Positions 10,400 through 20,317 of a DNA stretch of 64,000 nucleotides are shown one piece after another; position 1 is the stretch's first letter; the number at the start of each line of letters is the position of its first letter. The stretch is from an uncultured Chloroflexia bacterium. GTDB taxonomy: Bacteria; Chloroflexota; Limnocylindria; Limnocylindrales; CSP1-4. The notes below the pieces were generated by a model. It searched no databases. It was not told where the DNA came from and saw nothing but the letters and a program-made list of their open reading frames with translations. The translations under genes and the position numbers were made by a program. The DNA lies in contig CAVPPB010000003.1 of NCBI GenBank assembly GCA_963707215.1, forward strand, positions 1,248,001 to 1,312,000. The letters run 5' to 3'.

Positions 10400-11254
10400 A
10401 TGAGACGACTGCTGGCCGCGGTCATGGCGGCCCTTCTCGCGCTCGCCCTGGCCGGTCCGGCCATCTCCATCACCAACGGCGTTCCCGATGGCGACGACCA
10501 CCCCTACGTCGGCCTGCTCGTGTTCGACGTCGAGCCCGGCTCGCCGGCGTGGCGGTGCAGCGGCTCGCTCATCGCCCCGGACGTGGTCCTCACCGCCGGG
10601 CACTGCACCGACGGGGCCGTGGCCGCGCGGATCTGGTTCGCCGAGGACGTGACCTACGACGCGATCCCGTTCCCGCTGTATCCGTTCGGCGGTCCGGGCA
10701 GCGGAGCGATCGAAGGCACGCCGTTCACGAACCCGGACTACCAGAGCCCGGAGAACCCGTACGGCGGCGGCAACGGCCTGCCCGCGTTCTCCTACCGTGA
10801 CGTCGGCATCGTCATCCTCGACGAGCCCGTCGTGATGGACGAGTACGCCGAGCTGCCCGCTGCCGGCCTCGTCGACACGCTGGCCAACAAGGCCGACCTC
10901 GACTACGTCGGCTACGGGGTGAAGTACCAGGCACAGGTCCCCGGCGTCGAGCTGCCCCAGCCCCCGCCCTACTACCGGTGGACCGGCCTGCGGACGCGGA
11001 CCTACGCGCCGGGCACGCTCGTCTCCGGGAAGTTCGTCCACAGCGCCGAGTACCTGCGGGCATCGCTGAACCCCGGTGGCGCCAAGGGCGGCACTTGCTT
11101 CGGCGACTCCGGCGGGCCCGACCTTCTCGCCGGCACGGACACGGTCCTCGCCGTCAACTCCTACGTGACGAACGTGAACTGTGGCGGCCTCGGCTACGGC
11201 AGCAGGGTCGACATCCCCGTCGTCCTCGACTGGATCGAGGGCTTCATGGACTGA
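10400..11254 (+). CDS. Secreted trypsin-like serine protease
   Basis: Signal peptide; LTAGHC, DVGI and CFGDSGGP catalytic motifs. Confidence 0.92.
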   Translation: MRRLLAAVMAALLALALAGPAISITNGVPDGDDHPYVGLLVFDVEPGSPAWRCSGSLIAPDVVLTAGHCTDGAVAARIWFAEDVTYDAIPFPLYPFGGPGSGAIEGTPFTNPDYQSPENPYGGGNGLPAFSYRDVGIVILDEPVVMDEYAELPAAGLVDTLANKADLDYVGYGVKYQAQVPGVELPQPPPYYRWTGLRTRTYAPGTLVSGKFVHSAEYLRASLNPGGAKGGTCFGDSGGPDLLAGTDTVLAVNSYVTNVNCGGLGYGSRVDIPVVLDWIEGFMD

Positions 11255-11407
11255 GCTTCGGCCCAGCGTCCGGCCACGGACCGTGCTCGGCCCGTGGATC
11301 GGGGCGGCCCGTCGGTGATCCCGGCGGGCCGTCCACTGCTCGGACGGTCATGGCGACCCGCTTGGCCGTCAGGCGCCGCATCCGAGGCGGGGCGTACCAT
11401 CCGGCCC

Positions 11408-12088
11408 ATGTCCGGACCGGTCATCGTCAGCGACATGGACGGCACGCTTTCCACCGCCGAGACGTGGCGCGGGGTGCTGGCGTGGATCCGGGCATACCAC
11501 GACTCGCCGGCCGCTCGTCGCTTCGTCCAGGTCCGCTTGCCGCTCGTCGCGCTCGCCAAGGCCGGCCTGTACGAAAAGGAGGCGTTCCGGGCTCGCTGGG
11601 TCCGCGAGCAAGCAAAGCTCCTCCGGGGGCTGCCGGCGGACGATCTCGCGGTGATGGGGGCGTGGGTCGTCGAGCATCACCTCTGGCCGGCCCGCCGACA
11701 GCCGGCTCTCGATGCGCTCGCGGCGGCCGTCCGGGAGTCACGGGCGGCCGATCCGGGAACGGAGGTCGTCCTCGCGACCGGCGCCTACCAGCCGATCGGC
11801 GATGCCTTCGCCCACCGGATCGGCGCGAGCGTCGTCCTGGGGACACCGCTCCAGCTGCAGGACGGCGTCACGACCGGTGCCCTGGCCGCGCCGACCCAGA
11901 GCGGCGAGCAGAAGGCTGCCGCGGTCCGGGCGCTCGCTGGGGGACGCGTCGTGCTCACGGCCTTCGGCGACACCGGTGCGGATGTCCCGTTGCTCGAGCT
12001 GGCCAAGCGACCGGTGGCCGTGGCGCCCGATCGCGGCCTCCGCCGGACGGCGCTCGATCGCGGCTGGGAGATCCTCGACGGCAGCTGA
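11408..12088 (+). CDS. HAD-IB family hydrolase
   Basis: DMDGTL motif I and FGDTGADVPLL motif IV. Confidence 0.88.
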   Translation: MSGPVIVSDMDGTLSTAETWRGVLAWIRAYHDSPAARRFVQVRLPLVALAKAGLYEKEAFRARWVREQAKLLRGLPADDLAVMGAWVVEHHLWPARRQPALDALAAAVRESRAADPGTEVVLATGAYQPIGDAFAHRIGASVVLGTPLQLQDGVTTGALAAPTQSGEQKAAAVRALAGGRVVLTAFGDTGADVPLLELAKRPVAVAPDRGLRRTALDRGWEILDGS

Positions 12089-13510
12089 TCAGCCCGCCGA
12101 CGCGAAGATGGAGAGCCCGGTCATGAAGGTCACGACCGCCGCCCGGGCTGCGTAGGCGTCGTCGCCGGCGGTCCCGGTGGTTCGGACCATGATCGTCCCG
12201 GCCGGCCCCACGTCGATGACGTAGGCGAAGCTCGAGGTCCCGGCCGGCAGGCCGGACGCGTCGCTCGTCGATTCCGCTTCGACCAGGGTGGCCGGCGATT
12301 CGCCCACGGTGAGCTCGACCTGCTGGCGGACCTGCCAGGAGGCCGGGTCCGTCATCGTCGTCACGACGTCCGCGTAGGCCTCGGTCGTATCGGTCACCAT
12401 GACCGCGGTGACGAGCGTCGCAGGGTCCGTGGGCACCTCGATCGGCTCGGGATCGAAGTATCGGCAGGCGAGCCCGGCGGGCTCGGTCACGGTCGACCAG
12501 CTGGCTGGGTAGACGATCGTCGCCAGCGGGGTCCCCTCCACCTGGGGCTGGCAGGTCCCGACCGTCGGCAGCTCGATCGGGGGCGTCGGCAACGGGGTCG
12601 GTGCTGACGACGGGGATGGTGCCGGCGTCGGGCTCGGCGAGGTCGATGGCTCAGGGCTCGTCGACGGCGTCGGGCTCGCCTCGGGCGACGCAGACGGGCT
12701 CGCCTCGGGCGACGATGACGGGGACGGCGACGCGTCCTCGTCGGTCGAGGGACGGACAAGGGCGACGATGACCCGACCCTTCAGGTCGGTCAGGTCCACC
12801 CGCGGTCCGCGGGTGTCCACCACGGCGGCACCCTGGAGAGCGTCGAGGAATGCCGACTCCTGTGCCATGACCGCCTCATCGCAGGCCATCCGCGTCGTGG
12901 CCAGACGGCCGATCCGGACCACGTTGCCATTGGTGCCGTACGCGCCGCTGAACGAGTTGCAGCCCGACGAGCCGCCCACGGACGCGATGCCGAAGACCAC
13001 GTCGAGCCGGGTCCCCGCGAGCGGGGCGGCGACGGTCGAGTCGTCGACCGCGAACGACTCCACCCGCCAGGAGCCGCGCAGCGGGTTCCTGGGGGCGGCA
13101 TCGAACTCGAGCAGCGTCCGCCCGTCGGCGCCCAGGACGGTCAGGACCCCTCGGCGGACCGTGTAGAAGCGGCTCTCTTCGAGGAGCGACAGGTACGTCG
13201 ACTCGAACACCATGGCCTCCTCCGGGCAGGCCATCCGGGTGACGGCCACCTGCGAGACCAGGAGCATCCGGCCGCCGGACCGATACAGCGCGTCGTACGT
13301 GTTGCAGCCGGAGAAGCCCCGGACCCGCTGCGAGCCGACCTCGGCGTCTGCGTACAGGGTCTCGGGCATGATCGTCAGGTCGCCATCCTGCTCATAGGCG
13401 CGAAGCACCCAGTCCGAGCCTCCCAGCTGTCCTCCCGAGGCCTCCACCGAGGAGCAGGCAGCCGCCACCAGGACGATGGCGATGAGCGCGACAAGACGAC
13501 CGAGAGTCAT
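12089..13510 (-). CDS. META-domain lipoprotein with Pro/Ser-rich linker
   Basis: AAAC lipobox; two META repeats (GFSGCN...TRMAC and GSSGCN...TRMAC). Confidence 0.88.
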   Translation of the reverse strand: MTLGRLVALIAIVLVAAACSSVEASGGQLGGSDWVLRAYEQDGDLTIMPETLYADAEVGSQRVRGFSGCNTYDALYRSGGRMLLVSQVAVTRMACPEEAMVFESTYLSLLEESRFYTVRRGVLTVLGADGRTLLEFDAAPRNPLRGSWRVESFAVDDSTVAAPLAGTRLDVVFGIASVGGSSGCNSFSGAYGTNGNVVRIGRLATTRMACDEAVMAQESAFLDALQGAAVVDTRGPRVDLTDLKGRVIVALVRPSTDEDASPSPSSSPEASPSASPEASPTPSTSPEPSTSPSPTPAPSPSSAPTPLPTPPIELPTVGTCQPQVEGTPLATIVYPASWSTVTEPAGLACRYFDPEPIEVPTDPATLVTAVMVTDTTEAYADVVTTMTDPASWQVRQQVELTVGESPATLVEAESTSDASGLPAGTSSFAYVIDVGPAGTIMVRTTGTAGDDAYAARAAVVTFMTGLSIFASAG

Positions 13511-13536
13511 GGATCGGACCTCCCCTGAGGGACGAG

Positions 13537-13800
13537 CTACTGGGAGCGGCTGGCGACGTAGAGGGCGAACAGGCGGAGCCCGTATCCGAAGCCGGCCACG
13601 ACGAAGGCGCTGAAGATCGGCAGCCCGATGGCGGACGCGGAGATCGCGAACGCCTCGAGGATGTTGAAGGCCTCACGTGAGGCGAGGTCGATCCACCAGA
13701 GGACGCCGGCCACCAGGGCGTAGATGACCGCGACCCAGCCGATCACGATGAAGAAGGTCCCGATGCTGGCGAGGCGACGAGCGTCGCTGACGAGGTCCAT
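13537..13800 (-). CDS. Small two-TM membrane protein
   Basis: 87 aa hydrophobic ORF with GGAGGAG RBS. Confidence 0.75.
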   Translation of the reverse strand: MDLVSDARRLASIGTFFIVIGWVAVIYALVAGVLWWIDLASREAFNILEAFAISASAIGLPIFSAFVVAGFGYGLRLFALYVASRSQ

Positions 13801-13870
13801 GGTGCTCCTCCAGGTCGCCCGCTACGAGGGGCGTGGGGCACCATCCAAGCAGACTCCCTCGGATCGGGCA

Positions 13871-13887
13871 TCATCCCCATCGGATGA
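13871..13887. promoter_or_regulatory. Palindromic operator candidate
   Basis: TCATCC-N5-GGATGA about 70 bp upstream of the 13800 start, inside a larger imperfect inverted repeat. Confidence 0.35.
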
Positions 13888-14030
13888 GTGGATCATGCCC
13901 GGCTCGACGGTCGGTCTCCTGGACCCTTCATCCCGGCCCCGCACCGGCTCAGGCTGATCGGGTCGCATCACGACCGACGGCTCCGCCGGTCAAGCCACCG
14001 GGCGACGGAGCGTCAGGCCCCTTCGGCCGG

Positions 14031-14463
14031 CTACGCCTCCAGGATGGCCTTCAGCCTGCCGAGGTCGGCCTCGTAGCCCCGACGCACCATGCGCCCCATC
14101 AGGGGCTCCAGCGGTCCGAGGATGCCGCCCAGCTCGATCTCGTCGGTCCAGGTCACCTGGGTCCCACCGGCCACGCGCTCGAAGGTGACGATGTTGTGGG
14201 TCCGGAGCGGTCCCGCCGCGCCCCGGTAGGCGAACCTCGAGCCCGGTTCCAGCGCCGCCACCTCGATGACGATCCCGACGGGTCGCCCGAGCACCCTGCC
14301 ACCGGCTCGGATCCGCGTCCCCACCCCGACCGGCCCCTCGGTGAGCTGTTCCAGCTCCGAGACGCCACCCCGCCACTCGTGCATGGCGCTGAACGTGCTG
14401 GCATACGCGTACACGTCCTCCGCGGCACGGTCGATCCGGATGGCTGACCTCGATCTTCCTCAC
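14031..14463 (-). CDS. SRPBCC family protein, frameshifted near 14442
   Basis: VRKIEVS, one extra base, then IRIDRAAEDVYAYA...GPVGVGT...DLGRLKAILE. Confidence 0.75.
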
Positions 14464-14506
14464 CCGGCGCTCGTCACCGATCCAGGCCCAGGGCAGGCCG
14501 CGCGGT

Positions 14507-14947
14507 TCACGGGGCGGCCGCTTCCATCAGCTGCTTGAGCTTTGGGTAGTCGCCTTCCAGCTGTCGCCTGCCCATGCCCGCGAGAAGCGGGCCAGCGAGG
14601 TTGAGGAGGCCGCGGAGCTCACCCTCGTATCTGATCGTGACCCGGGTGCCGCCCTCGACGGCCTCGAAGGCCCGCGAGAAGGTCAGCGGCAACGGTCCGG
14701 ACACGACCTTCCACGCCGCCAGTCTGGTCGGCTCGTACGCGACGGTCTCGTACACCGTCGCGATCCGCCGGCCGAGGAGCGCGCCGGTCAACCGATACCG
14801 GGCACCTACGCCATGGGGGCCCTCCGTCGTCTTCTCGGCATCGATCCACTCGCGCCGCCACTCGAGGTCGTTCGCAAGGTCGGTCAGGTACGTGAAGCAT
14901 GCCTCGATCGATCGGCTGATCACGACACTCGACTCGACTGGCTTCAC
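14507..14947 (-). CDS. SRPBCC family protein
   Basis: VESSVVISRS, GPHGVGARY and LKQLME motifs. Confidence 0.85.
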   Translation of the reverse strand: MKPVESSVVISRSIEACFTYLTDLANDLEWRREWIDAEKTTEGPHGVGARYRLTGALLGRRIATVYETVAYEPTRLAAWKVVSGPLPLTFSRAFEAVEGGTRVTIRYEGELRGLLNLAGPLLAGMGRRQLEGDYPKLKQLMEAAAP

Positions 14948-15040
14948 GCAGGGCCCTCCGTCAGCGGTCGGAGCAGTATCGCTGGGCGGTCAAGCGGACA
15001 CCGCGATCACGAACGCGGAACGTCGCCCGCACGCCTCGGG

Positions 15041-15071
15041 CATGACCGCTCGCTGGTCCGATCCAGGTCGA
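15041..15071 (+). repeat. Dispersed element remnant (MTARWSDPGR), second copy at 22810-22840
   Basis: CATGACCGCTCGCTGGTCCGATCCAGGTCGA versus CATGACGGCGCGCTGGTCCGATCCAGGTCGA. Confidence 0.8.
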
Positions 15072-15152
15072 TGCAGCCCAAGGCCGTCGCATCGCTCGGG
15101 CCGACGAGGGACGACGCGCCGGCGACGACGAGAGCGGGCGTCGGATCGGCGG

Positions 15153-15345
15153 CTACTGGCGTGCCATGTGCATCCGAAGCTCGGCCTCGGGATCGACGAT
15201 GAGCTCCCCGCTGACGTCCACGACGACCTTCTCGAGGTGGCCGGTGAACTTGAATGGGCTCGGGTAGTCCGGGGTCACCGGAGAACCCGGGTCGTGGCCA
15301 CAGCTCACGCCACCGGGGTTGAACATGAACGGCGTGGTGTACGGC
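15153..15345 (-). pseudogene. Arylsulfatase C-terminal fragment
   Basis: GVSCGHDPGSPVTPDYPSPFKFTGHLEKVVVDVSGE...MARQ resembles actinobacterial arylsulfatase C-termini; no N-terminal part present. Confidence 0.7.
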
Positions 15346-15385
15346 TCGAGCGCCTGACGGGAACGACGGGGAACCGACCAGGGCT

Positions 15386-15706
15386 CTACGAGAGGCTGTG
15401 GAAGGAGCCCAGGAGCGTCTCGATCACGGTGAGAGCTTGGCATGCCTCGTCGAGCTCCTGGTACTCGCTCGCCCATGCCTCGCGAAAGGCATCGCACGCT
15501 TCCTTCGAGACCCAGTGGTCGACGGTGACGTACCGGCCAGGAACGGCGATGTCGCGATGCAGCTCCGTCCCCAGGTAGCTCGCGTCCCGCCTGAACAGAC
15601 GCGCCCATTCGCCCTCGGGACCGTAGCGCTCCTCGAACTGCGCTTCGCAGCCCTTCTTGACCGTGAACTCCCAGATGGAGACGTATCGCGGTTCGGCATG
15701 CGGCAT
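15386..15706 (-). CDS. Antibiotic biosynthesis monooxygenase (ABM) domain protein
   Basis: IWEFTVK...FEERYGPEGEWARLF...YLGTEL...YVTVDHW. Confidence 0.75.
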   Translation of the reverse strand: MPHAEPRYVSIWEFTVKKGCEAQFEERYGPEGEWARLFRRDASYLGTELHRDIAVPGRYVTVDHWVSKEACDAFREAWASEYQELDEACQALTVIETLLGSFHSLS

Positions 15707-15842
15707 CGATGATGTCCCCCTCGATCTCGACGGCGTCGCTTCTGACATTCGCTTCGACCTCGTGGCCGAGGGGGATGCCGTGGTCGCGCACTTCACGTCC
15801 ACGATGATGCCGAACAGGGTGGCGGTCGTTCACACTTGGTCC

Positions 15843-17252
15843 ATGACCCGCCGTCGACTCCTCAGCGCGATCCAGTTCTTCCCGCGTGGCGGCTCGTCGC
15901 ACGTCGCGAGGGCGCTCGCGACCGGGCTCCCGGCGCACGGCTGGGACGTCACCATCGTCTCCGGGTCCAGGGCCGATCTGGGCCAGCTCGGCGACGCCAC
16001 CCACTTCTACGCGGGCCTGGACACCCACCCGGTGTCCTTCGACGTCGCGCTTGCCGCGTCCGATCCGCTCGATCCCCCTGGCGACGCCGCGCCGATGCAC
16101 CCGTCGTACGAGGACCGCCCCGGCGCCCCCGACCCGGTGTTCGCGTCGCTCGACGACCACGCCTTCGAGCGCCAGGTGCGCGCCTGGGCCCGTGCCCTGG
16201 CCACCGCCGGAGCCAACGAGGCCGACGTGCTGCACCTGCACCACCTCACACCCATCCATGAGGCAGCGGCCCGCGTCGCCCCCGGCGTCCCCGTCGTCGG
16301 GCACCTTCACGGGACCGAGCTGCTGATGCTCGAGGAGATCGATACAGGTCCCCCGGTGGGGTGGACGCACGCACAGGTCTGGGCTGACCGGATGCGCGCC
16401 TGGGCACACCGATGCGAGCGCCTGCTCCTGCTCTCGCCCTCGCAGGTCCCGCGCGCGCGGCGGCTGCTCGGTCTCGACCCGGACCGGCTGGTGGTGATCC
16501 CCAACGGGTTCGACCCAGGCGCCTTCAGCCCCCGGGAGGTGGATCGGGGTGCCCTGTGGGATCGCGTCCTCGTCGATTCGCCGCGCGGGTGGCTGCCTGG
16601 CGGCAAGCCGGGTGGGGCACGCTACGTCCGCGATGAGCTGGGCCCCCTCCGCCATGGCGTGACGGTCGTCAGCGTGAGCCGGTTCAGCGCCGTCAAGCGG
16701 ATCCCGCTGCTCATCGAGGCGTTCGCGCGCGCCCGCGCGTCGACGCGGACCCCCGCCGGTCTCGTGCTCGTGGGCGGCCACCCGGGCGAGTGGGAGGGGG
16801 AGCATCCGGCGGACTCGATCCGCCGGCTCGGTGCCGAGGGCGTCTTCCTCGCCGGCTGGTACGACCACGACGAGCTCCCGGCGCTTGTTGCCGCTGCCGA
16901 TGTGTTCGCGCTCGCCTCGGTCCGCGAGCAGTTCGGCCAGGTCCTCGTGGAGGCGATGGCGTGCGGCGTGCCCCCGATCGCCGTGAACCGCTTCGGGCCC
17001 GGCGAGATCGTCACCGACGGGGAGACCGGCTGGCTCGTGGAGCCCGACGACGTCGATGCGCTCGCCGAGGCGCTCCGCCAGGCGATCGACGACCCGGGGG
17101 AACGGGCGCGTCGCGGCACACGCGCACGCGCGGTGGCGGCCGAGCGCTATGGCTGGCCGGCCCTCGCGGGCCGCCTCGCCGCCGTGCTCGACGAGGTCGT
17201 CGTCATGACACCGGAGGTGGCCGTGGATGATGCCTCGAGCGCAGAGGCCTGA
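15843..17252 (+). CDS. Glycosyltransferase family 4 (GT-B)
   Basis: VIPNGFD, SRFSAVKR and EQFGQVLVEAMACG motifs. Confidence 0.92.
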   Translation: MTRRRLLSAIQFFPRGGSSHVARALATGLPAHGWDVTIVSGSRADLGQLGDATHFYAGLDTHPVSFDVALAASDPLDPPGDAAPMHPSYEDRPGAPDPVFASLDDHAFERQVRAWARALATAGANEADVLHLHHLTPIHEAAARVAPGVPVVGHLHGTELLMLEEIDTGPPVGWTHAQVWADRMRAWAHRCERLLLLSPSQVPRARRLLGLDPDRLVVIPNGFDPGAFSPREVDRGALWDRVLVDSPRGWLPGGKPGGARYVRDELGPLRHGVTVVSVSRFSAVKRIPLLIEAFARARASTRTPAGLVLVGGHPGEWEGEHPADSIRRLGAEGVFLAGWYDHDELPALVAAADVFALASVREQFGQVLVEAMACGVPPIAVNRFGPGEIVTDGETGWLVEPDDVDALAEALRQAIDDPGERARRGTRARAVAAERYGWPALAGRLAAVLDEVVVMTPEVAVDDASSAEA

Positions 17253-17301
17253 TCGTTCGCCGCATGCTCGGTCGTACGATGCTGGCTGCGAGGAGGAGAC
17301 A

Positions 17302-17364
17302 ATGGCCGATCCGGTGGGCGACATCATCGGGGACTATCGGGCGTTCGCCGTGCAGCAGCGTGAC
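17302..17364 (+). pseudogene. N-terminal gene fragment (possibly VOC/YecM-like)
   Basis: Strong GAGGAGG RBS and MADPVGDIIGDYRAFAVQQRD, cut where the repeated element-end sequence begins. Confidence 0.45.
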
Positions 17365-17467
17365 ACTGCGGTTCGCGAGCGTGATGGACCGCAGCGCCGC
17401 AAGCAGCGTTCAGGCCTTCGGCCTCTTGCCCCGTGCGTTCCACGGCCGGCACCCTGTCCGCCGTAGC

Positions 17468-17544
17468 GCGGGGAGCGCTGACGCACGGTCCTGCGCCACG
17501 GCCGCCCCAGGGACCGTGCCGAGCTACTGGCGAGACCGACCCGC
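17468..17544 (+). ncRNA. c-di-GMP-II-like riboswitch, GAG variant (copy A)
   Basis: P1 GCGGG/CCCGC, P3 GCACGGTCC/GGACCGTGC, pseudoknot CGCC/GGCG, 3' GAGCTACTGGCGAGACCGACC. Confidence 0.75.
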
Positions 17545-17571
17545 CCGTCGTGGCGTCCCAGGAGGGAACCG

Positions 17572-17982
17572 ATGACGAGGCGGCTGACCGTCGCGCTCGC
17601 CCTGGCCTTGATGGTGGCTCTCGCAACCGCCGCCCCGGTGGCCGGCGCTCGAAAGCTCTTCACGCACTTCACCTACGCCGATCTCGAAACCTGCGAGGTC
17701 TGGGGATACGTGAGCTGGGACGACTACCCGGCCAAGGACTACTACGTCGAGGTCGTCTTCTACGAGGACGGGGTCCCGAACATCGTCCAGACGTCGGCGG
17801 TGATGTACGGCGCCCGCAGCGGCACCTTCGAGACCTTGAAGTTCAAGCTCTCCTCGGACGCCACCACCCACCTCTGGACCAGCGAGGCAACGCTGTACCG
17901 CTTCGGCAAGCACGACAAGGCCGTGACGACCTCGCCGAGCCAGAGCAGCTACAGCCTCGACTGCACCAGTGCCAGCGGGTGA
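17572..17982 (+). CDS. Secreted hypothetical protein
   Basis: GGAGG RBS, signal peptide, GC-biased codon usage. Confidence 0.75.
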   Translation: MTRRLTVALALALMVALATAAPVAGARKLFTHFTYADLETCEVWGYVSWDDYPAKDYYVEVVFYEDGVPNIVQTSAVMYGARSGTFETLKFKLSSDATTHLWTSEATLYRFGKHDKAVTTSPSQSSYSLDCTSASG

Positions 17983-18220
17983 TGGCCGCACCCTAGCGGC
18001 GCTCGGGGACACGGCATTGCATGGCGATAGGTGTCCGCGAAGCCGGCGACACCTAGCCTGACAGTCACCCCCGGCTCCGGGCCAGCCGGCGCGCTCTTGC
18101 TGATCCGCGGGTGAAGGCGACCAGCCCACGGCGGGGAGACCGGAGCCGCGCGGTCTGGCTCAGGACTCCCGCGACGTCGGGCACCGGCAGGGTGTCGTGC
18201 TGAGCACGAACGGGGGCAAG

Positions 18221-18266
18221 CGGAGCGGGAGACGGGACTCGAACCCGCGACATCCTGCTTGGGAAG
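18221..18266 (-). mobile_element. tRNA-Gly(CCC) 3' half, att-like remnant
   Basis: CTTCCCAAGCAGGATGTCGCGGGTTCGAGTCCCGTCTCCCGCTCCG runs from anticodon loop to acceptor; no 5' half. Confidence 0.8.
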
Positions 18267-18424
18267 TGGAGGAGCCTGAGCGGCGTGCTCCGAGCGTGGA
18301 AGGGCGAGCGTACGGCGAAGGTTAGGGTGTCTTGACGAGCACCGGCGTAGGCCCCGGCCCCGCGCCTGTCCGCGGAAGACGGCTGGGTCGGGCATGTCGC
18401 CAGGGTGGCGGAGCGGACGCTCGA

Positions 18425-19990
18425 TCAGCTCACGGTGACCGTGATGCGGTGATGGCCGCGAGCGCCATCCGGCGCTGGCTCCGTGCGCTCGTCGGTCTGG
18501 ACCTCGCCGGTGCCGTCCGTTGCGCGGACCTCGATCGAGTGGCTGCCCGAGGTCGCGGTCCACGCATACGTCCACTGGACCCAGGTCGTCTCGGAGAGCG
18601 GCCGGGAGATGGTTGCGGGCTGCCAGGCGCCGCCATCGATGCGGACCTCGACCGCGGAGATCCCCCGGTCGGGCGCCCAGGCCACGCCCGCGACGTCGAC
18701 CGGGCCAGCGGAGGGCCGATCCCCCCGGCCCGGGACGTCGATCCGTGACTGGGTGAGGATCGGGGCGTCCTTGGCCCAGCCGAGCGGGACCCAGTAGCCG
18801 TCCACGGCCTCGCGCGTCGTCAGCTCGATCGCCGCGAGCCACTTGGTGGCCGAGACGTAGCCGTACAGGCCCGGCACGATGAGCCGGGCCGGGAAGCCGT
18901 GGGCAGCGGGCAGCGGCTCGCGGTTCATGCCCACGGCGATGAGCGGCTCGCGCTCCGGCGCCGTGGCCCAGGACGTCGGGAAGCCCGCGGTGAAGCCATC
19001 CACGGATCGTCCGATGATCTGCGTCGCGCCCGGCTGGACGCCGGCGGCTTCGAGGACGTCCTTGAGCCGCACCCCCGTCCAGAGGGCGTTGCCCACGAGG
19101 TCGCCGCCGACCCGGTTGCTGACGCAGGCGATGGTCACGTACTGCTCGTAGAGCGGCATCGCGAGCAGCTCGTCGTAGGAGAACGAGCCCGGACGGTCGA
19201 CCATGCCGGTCACCTCGAGCCGCCAGGTCTCCGGGTCCACCGACGGGACCAGGAGCGCGGTGTCGATCCGGTAGAAGTCCTCGTTCGAGGTGACGAGCGG
19301 CGACAGCCCCGGGACCTGGAGCGACTGATCGGCGGCCGGGGGAGCGGTGGACCGGAACGGTGCCGGGAGGCCCGACGAGATGACGACGTCGTCGGTGTGC
19401 TGCTGCTCGAGCGACCAGCGACCGAGGGCGCCGGCCGCGACCACCCCACCGAGGGTGCCCGCGCTCGCGATGAGGAAGCGACGCCGGGCCCAGGCATCGG
19501 CGTCCCCGTCGCGCGCCACGCCCGCCGCCGCCGGCGCCCGGTGCGGCGCGATGCGCAGGAGGAGCCCGAGGGCGGTGACGCCCGCCGCCACCGAGACGCC
19601 CGCGCTCATCAGTGCCAGGGCGGGGGACACGACCGGGCTGCGGCCGGCCGCCACCGCCGCGACGACGCCGAAGGCGAGGAAGACGGACCCGCCGACCCAG
19701 AAACGTCGGGCCGCCACCACGCCCGCTCCCGCCGCGATGAGCAGGGCGACGACGACGATCGCCACGTTGAGCGCCAGCTTGTCGTTCGTGCCGAACAGCG
19801 AGACCACGAAGTCCTTGGCGCCCGGCGGCTGGAGGGCGATGACGAGATCGCCGATGCCGATGACCAGGGACGGCCAGCCATCGACCAGGGCGGCCAGGAG
19901 CTCGCTGGCCGCGATCGCGACCCCGGCCGCCAGCATCCCGGCGATCGCAGCGGCCCAAGGAGCGATCCCGTCACGCGTCGGTGTGTCCAC
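18425..19990 (-). CDS. Molybdopterin-dependent oxidoreductase (sulfite oxidase family) with N-terminal TM region
   Basis: FYRIDTAL, TIACVSN, HGFPARLIVPGLYGYVSATKW; start codon uncertain. Confidence 0.92.
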   Translation of the reverse strand: MDTPTRDGIAPWAAAIAGMLAAGVAIAASELLAALVDGWPSLVIGIGDLVIALQPPGAKDFVVSLFGTNDKLALNVAIVVVALLIAAGAGVVAARRFWVGGSVFLAFGVVAAVAAGRSPVVSPALALMSAGVSVAAGVTALGLLLRIAPHRAPAAAGVARDGDADAWARRRFLIASAGTLGGVVAAGALGRWSLEQQHTDDVVISSGLPAPFRSTAPPAADQSLQVPGLSPLVTSNEDFYRIDTALLVPSVDPETWRLEVTGMVDRPGSFSYDELLAMPLYEQYVTIACVSNRVGGDLVGNALWTGVRLKDVLEAAGVQPGATQIIGRSVDGFTAGFPTSWATAPEREPLIAVGMNREPLPAAHGFPARLIVPGLYGYVSATKWLAAIELTTREAVDGYWVPLGWAKDAPILTQSRIDVPGRGDRPSAGPVDVAGVAWAPDRGISAVEVRIDGGAWQPATISRPLSETTWVQWTYAWTATSGSHSIEVRATDGTGEVQTDERTEPAPDGARGHHRITVTVS

Positions 19991-20104
19991 GGGCTGACCC
20001 TGCCGTCCGTCCATGAAGGGATGATGACGGAGCGCCGTCCGGTCTGGCCCGGCACCCGGACCGACCGAGCATACTGGTCGTCCGAGTACGAAGGTGGAGG
20101 GTGC

Positions 20105-20197
20105 GTGCACAGAGCCGAGCGACACGGGTCAACGACCGCGGCCGATCCATCCGCTGGCGAGCCCTATCTGCTGCTCGCCGACATCTCCGGCTACTAA
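20105..20197 (+). pseudogene. DUF2652/cyclase-like N-terminal fragment
   Basis: GGAGG RBS, then ...YLLLADISGY and a stop right at the att junction. Confidence 0.55.
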
Positions 20198-20221
20198 CGC
20201 GGGCCTGGCGTTTAGTACATG

Positions 20222-20237
20222 TGGTCGGGGCGAGAGG
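20222..20237 (-). mobile_element. att core: 3' 16 nt of tRNA-Pro(CGG)
   Basis: TGGTCGGGGCGAGAGG is identical to 31714-31729. Confidence 0.85.
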
Positions 20238-20317
20238 CATAGCCCCGCGACCACCGACCTTCCGATCACGATGCGCCTCGCCGAGCCACCGGAACCATTC
20301 GACTGGCTGCGGAGCGC

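Noticed and set aside
12570-12740. Short tandem repeats in the META gene
   Set aside because: They simply encode a Pro/Ser/Thr linker (SPEASP).
15153-17327. 724-aa minus-strand ORF and other long Arg/Pro/Gly-rich shadow ORFs
   Set aside because: They are antisense or off-frame to clear genes, as expected at high GC; only the last ~60 aa of this one look real.
18070-18150. Structured RNA closed by GGCTCCGG/CCGGAGCC
   Set aside because: A single GC-rich stem with no recognisable family motif or second copy.
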